Shown piece after piece: positions 1 through 11,800 of a stretch of 64,000 nucleotides of DNA. Below the pieces are notes generated by a model that was given only the letters and a program-made list of their open reading frames with translations, did not search any database and had not been told where the DNA came from. A program made the position numbers and the translations under genes. Where the stretch lies: assembly GCA_051252375.1 (NCBI GenBank), contig JBPOFY010000004.1, forward strand, positions 192,001 to 256,000. Direction: 5' to 3'. This DNA comes from Opitutaceae bacterium (GTDB lineage: Bacteria > Verrucomicrobiota > Verrucomicrobiia > Opitutales > Coraliomargaritaceae). How positions within the stretch are numbered: the stretch's first letter is position 1; each line of letters opens with the position of its first letter.

Positions 1-1034
1 ACCAACTGAATGACAGCTTCTACATTGATGCCGACCTGACTGAAGCAGTCGGACTGGCTCACGACCTCGGGCACCCGCCGTTCGGTCACATCGGCGAGCG
101 CAAGCTCAATGATTTGATGGCACCCCATGGTGGCTTTGAAGGCAATGGACAAACACTCCGAATTCTAACTGAACTCATTTACGAGCGCCCCGGCAGCACC
201 AAGGGCATCGCCCCCACCCGCGCGTTTCTCGACGGGGTGATGAAATACAAAGCGCTACACAGCGAGCGCATCGCCCAGGACGGGCGCGCACCGGACAACC
301 ACTTTATCTACGACGATCAAGTCGCCCATCGTGATATCATCTTTGGTGGGCAAACAATCCCCGCTGAGCTGCAATCACACAAGGCACTGAACAGTTTCAA
401 AAGTATCGAATGCCAGATCATGGATTGGGCAGACGACACCGCCTACTCACTGCACGACATTGTCGACGGGATACATGCCCGCTATATTTCGATCGGCAGC
501 TTGACCGAATGGGCAGCCAGCCAAACGCTCGATCCAGAGCAAACCAAACTCGTCGATAAGCTCTGCCATGTCATCCGCGAAAACCGCTACGAGCCCTACT
601 TCGGGTCCCGAGTGGGTAAATTCGTCAACGCCTGCACCCTTGCGTCCCGATCCGGTTTTCTTTCTAGCCAGACCAATCGTCACGCTTTCGACCTCATCAT
701 CGCCCCTGAAGTCAAAGCCGAAAGCAGACTCTACAAAAAGATCGCACTCGATCTGATCTTTCGTTCGCCCCAGCTCCAACAGATCGAATTCAAAGGTGGT
801 TACATCCTCGAGCATCTATTCAAAGCACTGTGCGACAATTGCGCCGATCCGGAAACACAAGGTCTACGCATTCTCCCTGCTCGCGAACAAATCCTACTCA
901 AAGAAGAGCCCAACGAATCTGGCCGCTATCGCCGCCTCTGCGACTACACCGCCGGCCTAACCGACGACCTCGCCGTCCGCACTTACAAGCGCCTCTTCGA
1001 TCCCGATTTCGGCTCCATCGCCGAGCTCACTTAG
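1..1034 (+). CDS. dgt: dGTP triphosphohydrolase (HD superfamily), 5'-truncated by the window edge
   Basis: Frame is open from base 3 and reads ...[19 protein letters not shown]...[12 protein letters not shown], with later [16 protein letters not shown] and [10 protein letters not shown] motifs typical of dGTPases. Confidence 0.9.
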   Translation, partial: QLNDSFYIDADLTEAVGLAHDLGHPPFGHIGERKLNDLMAPHGGFEGNGQTLRILTELIYERPGSTKGIAPTRAFLDGVMKYKALHSERIAQDGRAPDNHFIYDDQVAHRDIIFGGQTIPAELQSHKALNSFKSIECQIMDWADDTAYSLHDIVDGIHARYISIGSLTEWAASQTLDPEQTKLVDKLCHVIRENRYEPYFGSRVGKFVNACTLASRSGFLSSQTNRHAFDLIIAPEVKAESRLYKKIALDLIFRSPQLQQIEFKGGYILEHLFKALCDNCADPETQGLRILPAREQILLKEEPNESGRYRRLCDYTAGLTDDLAVRTYKRLFDPDFGSIAELT

Positions 1035-1035
1035 A

Positions 1036-1103
1036 AAGTGACACAGACATTCCTGTCTGTGCTTGTTCGAGGTATACCACAGGCAGGAATGTCTGTGTCA
1101 CTT
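1036..1103. repeat. REP-like inverted pair, family A (GTGACACAGACATTCCTGTCTGTG), between convergent dgt and cstA
   Basis: 26-bp arms at 1036-1061 and 1078-1103 with one mismatch; each arm is itself a hairpin (CACAGACA-TTCC-TGTCTGTG); second copy at 3550-3613. Confidence 0.85.
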
Positions 1104-1109
1104 CACGAC

Positions 1110-2720
1110 CTAAGCCTCCGCGATTTCGATCACTACTGGTGCCATCACAAACTTCAACGACATCACAGTCACATAAAGTCCAAGGAGCACCATCGCCAGC
1201 GCGATACCGCCGAGCATACTGAAGACTCCGTGCTGGAAAACCATCATGAGCAATGCCGCAATCGGCATGACCACCATCACCGCTGCCGGAACTATCGCGA
1301 AACCAAAGGCGATACGGCGATGCTTCAAGAACACCACAAAGGTAATCAGAGCCAGCGCGGCGAGCAGCTGATTCGTTGCGCCAAACAGCGGCCAAATCGC
1401 TTTCCAGACAGGAAGAACGGTGCCATCGGGTGCCGTATAGGTGCCGAACGCGGCAGCTGCTGGTAATGCCAAAACAAGAAAGGTCCCGAGGTAACGACTA
1501 CTCGCACCACGCCAATCGAATAGTTCTTCCAGCAGGAAACGAGTCAAGCGAGTGCAAGTATCTAAAGTTGTCAGCAAAAAGGTGCTCACTGCCAGGGTCG
1601 CAAATGTCAGACCGATATCTTGCGGCACACCCAATGCTCCAAAGAACACTGCCGAACCACGTGCAAAGGTCGCCACAGGACCACCTTCCATACCGCCAGA
1701 CACGCCCACACAGGCCAAGGCAAAGACAGCGAGCAATCCTTCCACGAGCATTGCTCCATAGGATATCTTCTTCACGTCACACTCTGTCTGTAACTGCTTC
1801 GAAGTGGTCCCACTACTGACGATGCTATGAAATCCACTGCACGCGCCACAGGCGACCGTGATAAAAAGAAACGGCACCATGTAGCTCCAATCACTGGGAT
1901 GAAAACTCGTGTATGCCGGCAATTCAAAATTCCCGCCCCGAACCACGAGACCGACGAGACCGATCAACATAATCGCATACAAAAAGGTCGCGCTCAAAAA
2001 GTCACGTGGCTGCATCAATACACCCACCGGTAAAATCGCCGCACAGTAGCAATAGACTAACACGGCACCCATCCAAATGTTTTTCTCTACGCCGATTGCC
2101 GGAAACGACACACCGATCCAAAGCCCCAAATACGTGAGCACCACAAAAGCGGGAATCACTATTTTATAAGAGATACCCGACTTCCGCGCCACCAATCCAA
2201 ATATCAGCGCCACAATAATAAACCAACCTGAAGAAGTCGCGACCGCTGGTTGATTGACGAATCCCGCCACCGTCAAATCAAGGAAAACCACGATCACATA
2301 AACTAGAGCGAGGAGCACAAAAATAAGAAACAACTTCCCGGTCGTCTCCCCGATCAGATTACGACAAGTCGCCGTGATCGAACGCCCGCGATAACGCAAC
2401 GACATCAACGTGCTGCCGAAGTCATGCACCCCACCAACGAAGATAGAGCCCACGATGATCCACATCCAAGTCGGGAACCAACCAAAGACCGAAGCCGCGA
2501 TGATCGGGCCAACAATCGGTCCTGCCCCTGCAATCGAGGAAAAGTGATGCCCAAACAGGACGGATGCACGAGTCGGCACGTAGTCGACCCCATCATTGAT
2601 CTCACATGCAGGCGTCTCCCGATCCGGTTCGATCCGGCAACGGCGTTCTAAAAAGGCCCCATAAAAACGGTAGGCGACAGCAAGTAAAACCGCAGAGAGT
2701 AGTAGTAAAGAGACGAGCAT
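1110..2720 (-). CDS. cstA: Carbon starvation protein A family transporter
   Basis: Motifs [58 protein letters not shown]; many TM helices; ATG at 2720 preferred over GTG at 2762. Confidence 0.92.
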   Translation of the reverse strand: MLVSLLLLSAVLLAVAYRFYGAFLERRCRIEPDRETPACEINDGVDYVPTRASVLFGHHFSSIAGAGPIVGPIIAASVFGWFPTWMWIIVGSIFVGGVHDFGSTLMSLRYRGRSITATCRNLIGETTGKLFLIFVLLALVYVIVVFLDLTVAGFVNQPAVATSSGWFIIVALIFGLVARKSGISYKIVIPAFVVLTYLGLWIGVSFPAIGVEKNIWMGAVLVYCYCAAILPVGVLMQPRDFLSATFLYAIMLIGLVGLVVRGGNFELPAYTSFHPSDWSYMVPFLFITVACGACSGFHSIVSSGTTSKQLQTECDVKKISYGAMLVEGLLAVFALACVGVSGGMEGGPVATFARGSAVFFGALGVPQDIGLTFATLAVSTFLLTTLDTCTRLTRFLLEELFDWRGASSRYLGTFLVLALPAAAAFGTYTAPDGTVLPVWKAIWPLFGATNQLLAALALITFVVFLKHRRIAFGFAIVPAAVMVVMPIAALLMMVFQHGVFSMLGGIALAMVLLGLYVTVMSLKFVMAPVVIEIAEA

Positions 2721-2798
2721 ATCAGTAGTTGTGACGTGTGCGCAGAATGACACTGGTTCCACAGGGCGATCAATCTCATTCCTCGCCGCAATATACCA

Positions 2799-2827
2799 TT
2801 GACAGTATATACTAAATTAAGAATATA
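2799..2827 (+). promoter_or_regulatory. Probable ars promoter with overlapping ArsR operator
   Basis: TTGACA at 2799-2804 followed by an AT-rich imperfect dyad TATATACT-AAATTA-AGAATATA just upstream of arsR. Confidence 0.55.
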
Positions 2828-2836
2828 GGTAACCAC

Positions 2837-3220
2837 ATGGAAGCCTCCGACATCTACAAATGCATCGCCGACACACAGCGCCTCCGCATCCTCAACTTAT
2901 TGGAAGCGGGACCACTTTGCGTCTGCCACCTCCAAGAGTTACTCAATGTCACACAGGTCAAGATGTCGAAGCAGCTCGCGATCATGAAGCAGCTCGGTCT
3001 CCTCGCATCGCACCGCGAAGGCACTTGGATGGTGTATACACTTGAAGAACCGACCGACGGCCTTCTGCTAAGCAATCTCAACTATCTGCGCGAAGCCGAC
3101 TGCGCAGAGTGTAATCAACTACAACGCGACCTACTGAATCGCGGCAAACTCATCCTACGCATCACGGGCAACGGCGAAGACTGCCCCGAAGGCGTCTGCC
3201 AAAGCGCGAACTGCTGCTGA
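2837..3220 (+). CDS. arsR: ArsR/SmtB family As(III)-responsive repressor with Cys-rich C-terminus
   Basis: [19 protein letters not shown] metal-binding box, HTH with [13 protein letters not shown] wing; first gene of an ars operon. Confidence 0.9.
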   Translation: MEASDIYKCIADTQRLRILNLLEAGPLCVCHLQELLNVTQVKMSKQLAIMKQLGLLASHREGTWMVYTLEEPTDGLLLSNLNYLREADCAECNQLQRDLLNRGKLILRITGNGEDCPEGVCQSANCC

Positions 3221-3256
3221 GTCGCTTCTATAAACAATAATACGCAGACTCACTTT

Positions 3257-3334
3257 GGTAGCGGCGCTTGTCCCTAAGCGCCATCAGTGAAAAGCGGTCC
3301 ATGCGTATGGCGCTTAGGGACAAGCGCCGCTACC
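3257..3334. repeat. REP-like inverted pair, family B (GTAG-type)
   Basis: Perfect 28-bp inverted repeat GGTAGCGGCGCTTGTCCCTAAGCGCCAT (3257-3284 / 3307-3334); each arm has the internal hairpin GGCGCTT-GTCCCT-AAGCGCC. Confidence 0.85.
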
Positions 3335-3365
3335 TTTCAAAATTTAAACACAGCACCACCAATTT

Positions 3366-3539
3366 ATGAACGAAACAAACGACAGCCTCAAACCCGAGAA
3401 AGCCACCGAGCCCGAGCCCGGTTTCTTCAACCGCATGTTCACAAAGTTGGACAACAGCATGAAAGCCAAGGCCGACGAGGCAGCAAAAAATGAATGCTGC
3501 TCTCCGAACGATAAGGGCAAAGGCGGCAAGTGCTGCTGA
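3366..3539 (+). CDS. 57-aa protein with two vicinal Cys pairs (not in the ORF track); putative arsenic/metal-binding protein
   Basis: Translated by hand: MNETNDSLKPEKATEPEPGFFNRMFTKLDNSMKAKADEAAKNECCSPNDKGKGGKCC*; same strand as the operon, fills the gap between arsR and the permease. Confidence 0.75.
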   Translation: MNETNDSLKPEKATEPEPGFFNRMFTKLDNSMKAKADEAAKNECCSPNDKGKGGKCC

Positions 3540-3549
3540 TCGAGATACG

Positions 3550-3613
3550 TGTGAAACAGACATTCCTGTCTGTTCAATTCACAACACCGACAGACAGGAA
3601 TGTCTGTCTCACA
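3550..3613. repeat. REP-like inverted pair, family A, second copy
   Basis: TGTGAAACAGACATTCCTGTCTGT ... ACAGACAGGAATGTCTGTCTCACA; shares the core ACAGACATTCCTGTCTGT with 1036-1103. Confidence 0.85.
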
Positions 3614-3620
3614 AAAAATC

Positions 3621-4574
3621 ATGCTCACTGAAATCATCAACCTCCTGATCTACGACTGGATCGGCATGGACGAAAGCTCGCGCCTTGCGGGTGCCGTGCA
3701 CTTCTTTCTCTACGACACGATTAAGATATTCTTACTGCTTGCGGTGATGATTTTTGCGATCGGCGTGATCCGCACTTGGTTACCAGAACAACGCCTCAAG
3801 CAGTGGATGGGGCGTGGCGGTTTGTGGGGCAACTTAGTCGCGGCGCTCTTCGGTGCCATCACACCCTTCTGCTCCTGCTCTTCCATTCCGATCTTCATCA
3901 GTTTACTCAAAGCAGGCGTTCCACTAGGTGTGACTTTTTCGTTCCTGATCACCTCGCCAATTATCAACGAGTATTTAGTCATCCTCATGGTCGGTGAGTT
4001 CGGGCTTCCAGTGACCGTAGCCTATGTCGGTAGCGGCCTCTTGATCGGCACCGTAGCAGGTGCCATCCTCGGACGCCTCAAATTAGAAAAATATTTAGAA
4101 GCCGACATCCTTGCCTCAGCGAACGCCACCTCCGAAGTCATTGAGCACACTGTCAGTTCACGGCTTCGCTATGGATGGGACGAAGCGATCACGGTGATCA
4201 AACAAATCTGGCTCTGGGTAATCGTCGGCGTCGCGATTGGTGCCTTCATCCACAACTACGTGCCACAAGAAACCATCCACTCTTTGATGGAAGCCACCGG
4301 TATTTTCTCCGTGCCAATTGCAACTGTGCTCGGCGTGCCGATGTATGGTAGTTGCGCCGCCATCGTGCCCATCGCCGTCGTGCTTTTCCAAAAAGGTATT
4401 CCACTCGGCACCGCCCTAGCCTTTATGATGGCCATGGCCGCTCTCAGTTTGCCCGAAGCCATTATGCTGCGCCGCACGATGCACCTAAAACTCATCGGCA
4501 TCTACTTCGGCATCACCACCCTAGCGATCATCTTCACCGGCTATCTGCTCAACGCATTGGCTGAATTCCTTTAG
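3621..4574 (+). CDS. arsP: DUF318/ArsP-family permease
   Basis: [25 protein letters not shown] and ALSLPE motifs; ars context. The ATG at 3600 lies inside the repeat, so 3621 is preferred. Confidence 0.8.
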   Translation: MLTEIINLLIYDWIGMDESSRLAGAVHFFLYDTIKIFLLLAVMIFAIGVIRTWLPEQRLKQWMGRGGLWGNLVAALFGAITPFCSCSSIPIFISLLKAGVPLGVTFSFLITSPIINEYLVILMVGEFGLPVTVAYVGSGLLIGTVAGAILGRLKLEKYLEADILASANATSEVIEHTVSSRLRYGWDEAITVIKQIWLWVIVGVAIGAFIHNYVPQETIHSLMEATGIFSVPIATVLGVPMYGSCAAIVPIAVVLFQKGIPLGTALAFMMAMAALSLPEAIMLRRTMHLKLIGIYFGITTLAIIFTGYLLNALAEFL

Positions 4575-4586
4575 TCAATGCGTTGA

Positions 4587-4628
4587 GAACGTCGAACTAT
4601 GAACGTCCAACATCCAATTTCGAATAAC
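4587..4628 (+). repeat. Degenerate tandem heptamer array (6 units)
   Basis: GAACGTC GAACTAT GAACGTC CAACATC CAATTTC GAATAAC. Confidence 0.55.
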
Positions 4629-4675
4629 TGGCACTACTACTCAACGATTCAACTACTCATCTATTTAACCAATCT

Positions 4676-5134
<459 letters not shown>

Positions 5135-5183
5135 ATGATTACAATCGGTTCAGTCACAAATAATAAACGAATAGGAAAATTAA

Positions 5184-6191
5184 ATGGCTAAGAAAAAAGT
5201 ATTAATCAATGGATTCGGTAGAATGGGACGTCTCTTTTTTAGAGCAGCCTTCGGCAATAATGAATTTGATATTGTTGCGATCAATGAACTCAAAGGAGGT
5301 GCCACGACGGCGGCTCACTTACTCGAATTTGATTCGGTTCACGGGAAATGGGGAACTGGAAAGATTTCAGTCGCAGGCGAAACGATCAGCGTCGATGGCC
5401 AGGAGATTCGGTTCAGCAATGCTGCAACACCCGAAGACATTGATGTGACGGGAATCGATATCGTGGTCGAATGCTCCGGGAAATTTAAAGATGAAGCCTC
5501 GCTCCAACCCTATTACGATCATGGGGTGCCTAAAGTCCTCGTCTCTGCACCTGTAAAAGGACGTGCCTTGAATGTAGTTTATGGCGTCAACGATGACCAG
5601 TATGATCCCGAGGCACACGATCTAGTGACAGCCGCATCCTGCACCACCAACTGCCTGGCACCTGTCGTAAAGGTGATTAAAGAAAAAATCGGGATTGTGC
5701 ATGGCGTGATCACCACGATCCACGACATTACCAATACACAGACGATTATTGATGCGCCTCATAGTGACTTGCGCCGCGCTCGCGCCTGTTCTCAGTCACT
5801 GATTCCGACCACCACTGGATCGGCTACCGCCATTACAATGATCTACCCGGAGCTAAAGGGCAAATTGAATGGCTTGGCGGTGCGCGTTCCTTTACTGAAT
5901 GCTTCAATCACCGATTGTGTTTTTGAAGTCGCACGTGAAACCACCGCTGAAGAAGTCAATGCGCTGCTAAAAGAGGCTTCGGAAACCTATCTCAAAGATA
6001 TTTTGGGGTATGAAGAACGGCCGTTGGTATCGGTCGATTTTAAAGATGATATCCGCTCGTCGATTGTTGATGCGCCTTCCACCATGGTGAATGATGGAAC
6101 ACAGGTGAAAATTCTCGCGTGGTATGACAACGAAGTTGGTTATGTGAACCGCATGGCTGATTTCTGTGCGAAAATAGCGAGACTTAGCTAA
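5184..6191 (+). CDS. ArsJ-associated glyceraldehyde-3-phosphate dehydrogenase
   Basis: [16 protein letters not shown] catalytic motif, TIHDITNTQ variant motif, stop overlaps the arsJ start. Confidence 0.9.
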   Translation: MAKKKVLINGFGRMGRLFFRAAFGNNEFDIVAINELKGGATTAAHLLEFDSVHGKWGTGKISVAGETISVDGQEIRFSNAATPEDIDVTGIDIVVECSGKFKDEASLQPYYDHGVPKVLVSAPVKGRALNVVYGVNDDQYDPEAHDLVTAASCTTNCLAPVVKVIKEKIGIVHGVITTIHDITNTQTIIDAPHSDLRRARACSQSLIPTTTGSATAITMIYPELKGKLNGLAVRVPLLNASITDCVFEVARETTAEEVNALLKEASETYLKDILGYEERPLVSVDFKDDIRSSIVDAPSTMVNDGTQVKILAWYDNEVGYVNRMADFCAKIARLS

Positions 6192-7399
6192 TGAATCAGT
6201 TTCGCTCATACGCGGTTGTTACCGGAGCCTATTGGTCGTTTATGTTGACCGATGGGGCTCTGCGTATGCTGGTCCTACTCTATTTTCATGAACTAGGCTA
6301 TGCGCCGACCACGCTCGCATTTCTGTTTCTATTTTATGAGTTCTTCGGCATCGTCACCAATCTATTTGGTGGATGGGGCGCACAGCGTTTCGGGCTGAAA
6401 TCGACCCTTGTATGGGGACTCGCCCTTCAGCCAATCGCGCTGATTGGGCTTAGTTTTATGAATCCCGAATGGGCACCTGCAATGGCGATCCCCTTCGTTA
6501 TGGGGATTCAAGCGCTCTCAGGCATCTCCAAAGACCTCACCAAAATGAGTGCCAAAACGGCGGTCAAATTCTTGATCCCCAAAGACCAACCCTCCTCACT
6601 CTTTAAGTGGGTAGCGGTATTAACAGGATCTAAGAACGCCATTAAAGGTGCTGGTTTTTTTGTCGGTGGATTCCTCCTTCATAAACTAGGCTTTGATTAT
6701 GCACTTTGGGTGCTTGCCGCAATCATCCTACTCGCTCTCGTCTCTTCGCTTCTCTTTTTACCCAATGAGATTGGCGTCACAAAAGCTAAGAGCAAGTTAC
6801 AGGGACTGTTTGACCAAAAGAGAGAGATTAAAATTCTCTCAGCCGCCCGCGTATTCCTCTTTGGCGCCCGCGACATCTGGTTTGTGGTCGCCATCCCTGT
6901 TTTTCTTACATCCACGTTTGAATGGAGTTTCACTCAAGTCGGATCCTTTATGGCCTGCTGGGTCATCGGCTACGGTGCAGTGCAAGCCTTTGCCCCCACC
7001 ATACTGAAACGATTCACCAAAGGTCATGCCCCTGGCGGAAAAGCAGCGCTCACGATCTCATTAATGCTGACTGCAATTATGACCCTGATTGCTGTCTTGT
7101 TTGCTCAAAATATCGCACCGCATATTACCATCGTCGGAGGCCTCCTTCTTTTTGGAGCTGTGTTTGCACTGAACTCAAGCGTCCATTCTTTCTTGATCCT
7201 TGATTATGCCGATGCTGATAAAGCAGCGGTGAATGTGGGCTTTTATTATATGGCCAATGCGACGGGACGTTTGATCGGAACCCTCTTCTCGGGACTCCTA
7301 TTCCAATGGGGCGGCATACTATGGGCTCTGATCGGTTCGGCTCTCTTTCTTGCACTCACCTCAAGTATCACTCTGTTTCTTCCCACAAGAAAGCATTAA
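6191..7399 (+). CDS. arsJ: Organoarsenical (1-arseno-3-phosphoglycerate) efflux MFS transporter ArsJ
   Basis: YWSFMLTDGALRMLVLL, KDLTKMSAK, LTGSKNAIKG, GFYYMANA motifs; coupled to GAPDH. Confidence 0.92.
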   Translation: MNQFRSYAVVTGAYWSFMLTDGALRMLVLLYFHELGYAPTTLAFLFLFYEFFGIVTNLFGGWGAQRFGLKSTLVWGLALQPIALIGLSFMNPEWAPAMAIPFVMGIQALSGISKDLTKMSAKTAVKFLIPKDQPSSLFKWVAVLTGSKNAIKGAGFFVGGFLLHKLGFDYALWVLAAIILLALVSSLLFLPNEIGVTKAKSKLQGLFDQKREIKILSAARVFLFGARDIWFVVAIPVFLTSTFEWSFTQVGSFMACWVIGYGAVQAFAPTILKRFTKGHAPGGKAALTISLMLTAIMTLIAVLFAQNIAPHITIVGGLLLFGAVFALNSSVHSFLILDYADADKAAVNVGFYYMANATGRLIGTLFSGLLFQWGGILWALIGSALFLALTSSITLFLPTRKH

Positions 7400-7423
7400 G
7401 AAAATAATCTTAATGCGAATGCC

Positions 7424-8476
7424 ATGAAGGAACAAGACAACCAACCTGCTGGAATCAGTTTTTTCGAAAGATACTTAACGGTCTGGGTCGCTCTATGTAT
7501 GCTGTCCGGAATCCTTATCGGAAAGTTCCTGCCAGTGATCCCAGAATTCCTAGGTAAGATGGAGTATGCAAATGTCTCCATCCCTGTCGCGGTGTTGATC
7601 TGGATCATGATCTATCCGATGATGATGAAGGTCGACTTCAAGAGCGTAAAAAATATTAGCAAAAACCCGAAGGGTTTATTCATCACCTGGGTGATCAACT
7701 GGCTGATTAAACCGTTCACGATGTTCGGCATCGCATGGCTGTTCTTTTACGTGATCTTCAAGAACTTGATCCCAGCAGAACTCGCAAAGGACTATCTCGC
7801 CGGAGCAGTATTGTTGGGAGCGGCTCCTTGCACAGCCATGGTCTTCGTCTGGAGCCACCTGACAAAAGGGAACCCCGCCTACACGGTGGTGCAGGTCGCT
7901 ACCAACGACCTGATTATTCTCATAGCGTTTGTGCCGATCGTGAAATTCCTGTTGGGCATCAACGATGTCTTCGTGCCATGGGACACCTTATTCTTGTCGG
8001 TGCTCCTATTCGTAGTAGTGCCACTGGCCGCTGGTATTCTCACACGCAGTCAGATGCTCAAGCGTAAAGGCCATAATTACTTCGAAAACACATTCCTACC
8101 CAAGTTTGGAAACATAACCATTATTGGCCTGCTACTCACTTTGGTTATTATCTTCTCCTTCCAAGGAAATGTTATCCTCAACAATCCGTTACACATTGGG
8201 CTGATTGCTGTGCCTTTGGTCATTCAAACCGTCCTAATCTTCTTTATAGCTTATCTTGCGGCGAAGGCACTAAAACTTCCGCATAATATTGCTGCTCCAG
8301 CAGGTATGATTGGCGCATCAAACTTTTTCGAACTGTCGGTGGCAGTAGCCATTGCCCTATTTGGAACAACCTCACCCGTCGCCCTGGCAACGATTGTAGG
8401 CGTGCTGGTCGAAGTGCCCGTCATGCTCGCTCTCGTCGGATTTGCGAACAGAACTACAAAATGGTTTCACAACTAA
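7424..8476 (+). CDS. acr3: ACR3-family arsenite efflux transporter
   Basis: FERYLTVWV, MIYPMM, NWLIKPFTM, AAPCTAMVFVWS, ASNFFELSVAVA, VGVLVEVPVML. Confidence 0.95.
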   Translation: MKEQDNQPAGISFFERYLTVWVALCMLSGILIGKFLPVIPEFLGKMEYANVSIPVAVLIWIMIYPMMMKVDFKSVKNISKNPKGLFITWVINWLIKPFTMFGIAWLFFYVIFKNLIPAELAKDYLAGAVLLGAAPCTAMVFVWSHLTKGNPAYTVVQVATNDLIILIAFVPIVKFLLGINDVFVPWDTLFLSVLLFVVVPLAAGILTRSQMLKRKGHNYFENTFLPKFGNITIIGLLLTLVIIFSFQGNVILNNPLHIGLIAVPLVIQTVLIFFIAYLAAKALKLPHNIAAPAGMIGASNFFELSVAVAIALFGTTSPVALATIVGVLVEVPVMLALVGFANRTTKWFHN

Positions 8477-8481
8477 GTTAG

Positions 8482-8659
8482 CCCATCTCTTTTGCAGCCT
8501 TCAATCCTGCGGTCACACTCTCGTTATGGCTTTAACGGCTTCATTCCATGGAGCGCATTCCTACTCTATGCCATTGTGCAAGTAATCGCAGCCACAGTCG
8601 CCGGTTATCTATTCCGCTCGATGAAGATTACGAATCCAGAAGAGTTGCCGACTACATAG
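8482..8659 (+). pseudogene. Aquaporin (MIP) C-terminal remnant with a frameshift
   Basis: 8482-8532 reads [17 protein letters not shown] then TAA; after a 1-nt shift, 8531-8659 reads [42 protein letters not shown]; no 5' part or start codon. Confidence 0.8.
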
Positions 8660-8693
8660 TCAGGTCTAAGGCAATTTCCAGGCACACCACTCA

Positions 8694-8711
8694 ATACCTT
8701 ATTTTAGGTAT
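8694..8711. promoter_or_regulatory. Palindromic candidate operator ATACCT-TATTTT-AGGTAT
   Basis: 6-bp inverted arms, 6-bp spacer, about 95 bp upstream of the LTD/CotH gene; same geometry as 35915-35938. Confidence 0.45.
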
Positions 8712-8805
8712 AAGGATTTCGGATACAGCTGTTTACAAAACCAATAAGTGTGGAATAGTGTAAAGGATTCACCTTCCCATTGAATCTGAAAAACCCCGCA
8801 CCCCT

Positions 8806-11800
8806 GTGGTAATCCACTCCAAATTTCGATCCACTACAACGGTTGCCAAATGCTTATTGGCTTCCGCGATACTCACTTGCATCCCATCACTCGGGATCGC
8901 GCGTGACAGTGTAGTCGTATTCAACGAGGTGCACTACCACCCGGAAAACGACAACACACCGCTCGAATACATTGAGCTCTACAATCAGTTAGCGGTCGAC
9001 GTGGACATCTCCAACTGGCGGATCGACGGAGACATCGATTACAACTTCCCCGAAGGCACAGTCATTACCGGACGCGGATATCTAGTCATCGCGAAGAACC
9101 CGTCGGCGCTTGCTTCCGAAACTGGCTTCAGCGGCGCGCTAGGCCCCTACAATCGGGACCTTTCGAATTCGGGCGACCCCATCTACCTCTACAACAACAA
9201 CCTCGCTTTTAATTCGATTTCTGGCTCGGGCTCTACTGGAGTCGCCACTGACAATCTGGAAGGTCGGCGCATCATGGATGAGCTCTATTACTTGGATAAA
9301 TATCCATGGCCGCTCGGACCGGATGGCTCCGGTTTCAGTCTCGCGAAGCTTGAGCCCAACACAGGCACCGAGGACCCAGCGAATTGGACTGCCAGCACCC
9401 AAAGCAATGGCACACCAGGCACCGTCAACACATTCAGCAATTTGCCGACGATCGCTTTTAATGAGGCCACTTCAACAGAAGCAGTGGACTTCGAAATCGA
9501 ACTATACAATTATGGTAGCAGTCCAGTTGACCTGGAGGACTTCGTCATCGCATCGTCCAATACCCTGCAAGCCGACTACACATTACCCGATAGCAGCTTA
9601 GCGGCAGGAGCATTCCTGACGATTGACGCCGCTACTTTGGGATTCACTCCGGAGGACAACAATCGCTTGTTCCTCTACAGCGAAGACAAAGACACTCTGA
9701 TCGACACCATACGTGTCGACAACAACCCGATCGCTCGCTCGCCGGACGGCACGGGCGACTGGGCACGCCCCAACAGCTTAACCCTAGGCTCAGGAAACGA
9801 CGTCTCCGTCGAAGATGGCATCGTGATCAACGAGATTTTCTATCACGCCAAACCACAAATCGAGTCAGGCGGCACCGTCACTACTAGCCAACAGGTTTTG
9901 AACTACGATTCAACTTGGCGCTACAATCTCGATGCAGGCGTAGGTGGATTACCGACCAACTGGGCACAAAGTAACCATGCAGTGGACAATGTTAGTTGGG
10001 CGGAAGGCGCCGGACTTTTGGGCGTCGAAGACACAAATTTAGATGAACCGATCAACACCGCGATAACTTTAACCTCGCAGATCACCTACTACTTCGAAAC
10101 CGAATTTATATATAACGGAACGGAGAGCATCAGTGAAATGGTCATCAACCACTACATTGATGATGGCGCGATCTTCTACTTAAACGGTCAAGAAATCGGA
10201 CGTTTTAATATGGACGCAGGCGGCTTCACCGCTGCGACGGTCGCCAATCTGGGAGTCGGCAACGCAAGCCTGCAAACACTCACCATTTCGTCGCCCAATG
10301 TTTTACTAGGCAGCAATCGACTCTCAGTCGAAATTCACCAAGTCACCTCAGGCAGTAGCGATATCGTATTTGGAGCCAGTGTTATCTTAAGAACTGAGAA
10401 TACTTCGAACTACACGCCCTATGCGGAACGCGAAGAGGAATGGGTCGAGCTCTACAATCGAAGTGGCACTGCAATCGACCTCACGGGCTGGGAATTGAAT
10501 GGTGGTATCGGTTACGATTTCCCCGACACCACGACGATACCTGCAGGCGGCTATCTAGTCATCGCTAAGGACGCGACGGCACTACAGGCAAAGCACCCTT
10601 CAATTACTATACTAGGTGACTACTCCAACCGCCTCGGCAATGGCGGTGACCTCATCACCCTTGAAGACCCAAATGGTAACGTCGCCGACGAAGTGCGGTA
10701 TTATGATTCGGGTAATTGGCACAGCAAAGCCGATGGCGGCGGCTCCAGCCTAGAGCTACGTGATCCAGATGCAGACAACTCCATCGCGGGCGCGTGGGCA
10801 CCGAGCGATGAGAGCGCACGCAACAACTGGCAGACCTATACTTACGAAGCAGTGGCCATCGACGATGGTATCGGAGTCGACCCACTTTATATGTTTCATG
10901 AGCTTCAGATTGGTTTACTCGATTCTGGCGAGCTACTCATCGACGATGTCAGCGTGATCGAGAACAGCAGCCTCGAATTCATACAGAATGGAGACTTTGA
11001 AAGCGATACAGCTGGCGCAACTGCAGATAAATGGCGAGCCATCGGCACACATGGCTCACATGGTAAAACCATAGTCGTCACCGATCCGGATGACGCCAGC
11101 AATCAATGCTTACACCTCGTTTCCACCGGACCGACAGAGAACAAGCACAACAAAATCGAAACAACTTTCGCGAACATTGAAGAGGTCGTCATCGGCAACA
11201 CCTACCGCATCAGCTTCCGCGCAAAATGGATCAGCGGTTCCAACCAGCTCAACGCCAAGCTGTATTTTAACTATCTGCAAAAAACGCACGTTCTCGAATC
11301 TGCAGAAATCTGGGGCACGCCCGGCGCGGCCAACACCGCAGCTGTCGCCAACGCGGGTCCAGACTTAACCAACCTCGCGCACTCACCCGTCGTCCCCGAT
11401 GCAAACGAAGCAGTCACCGTCAGCATCGACGCATCTGACCCAGACGGCATCAGCAACTTGACTCTCTACTATTCAGTGGGTGGTGCTGCCTATCAAAGCA
11501 TCAGCATGACGAACTCTAATGGGCACTACACAGGAATCATTCCAGGGCAAGCAGCGAGCACGATCGTGCGCTTCTATGTCAGCGGCACCGATACCAATAG
11601 CGCCGTGAGCCACTACCCTGCTGCCGCGACCGAAGGCGGCGCCTTCTTTAAAGTGCAAGACGGCTATGCTGACACTTCTGCTCTGCGCCACAATTTCCGT
11701 ATCATTATGTCTGATACAGACCGCACCTTCCTCTACCTGGACACTAATCGGATGAGCAACGACCGCTTTCCTGTGACAGTCATCGAGAACGAAGAAACGG

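Noticed and set aside
1038..1466. His-rich 142-aa ORF resembling a metal-binding protein near the ars operon
   Set aside because: Antisense shadow of the Val/Met-rich cstA C-terminus (GTG/ATG read as CAC/CAT); it starts inside a REP element
1036..3613. Repeat-spacer-repeat units as a CRISPR array
   Set aside because: Repeats are inverted doublets, not direct arrays, and no cas genes are present
5184..6191. GAPDH as the housekeeping glycolytic gapA
   Set aside because: Coupling to arsJ and the HDITNTQ motif point to the arsenate-detoxification paralogue
8548..8763. 71-aa ORF after acr3
   Set aside because: Out-of-frame overlap with the aquaporin remnant; no recognisable features
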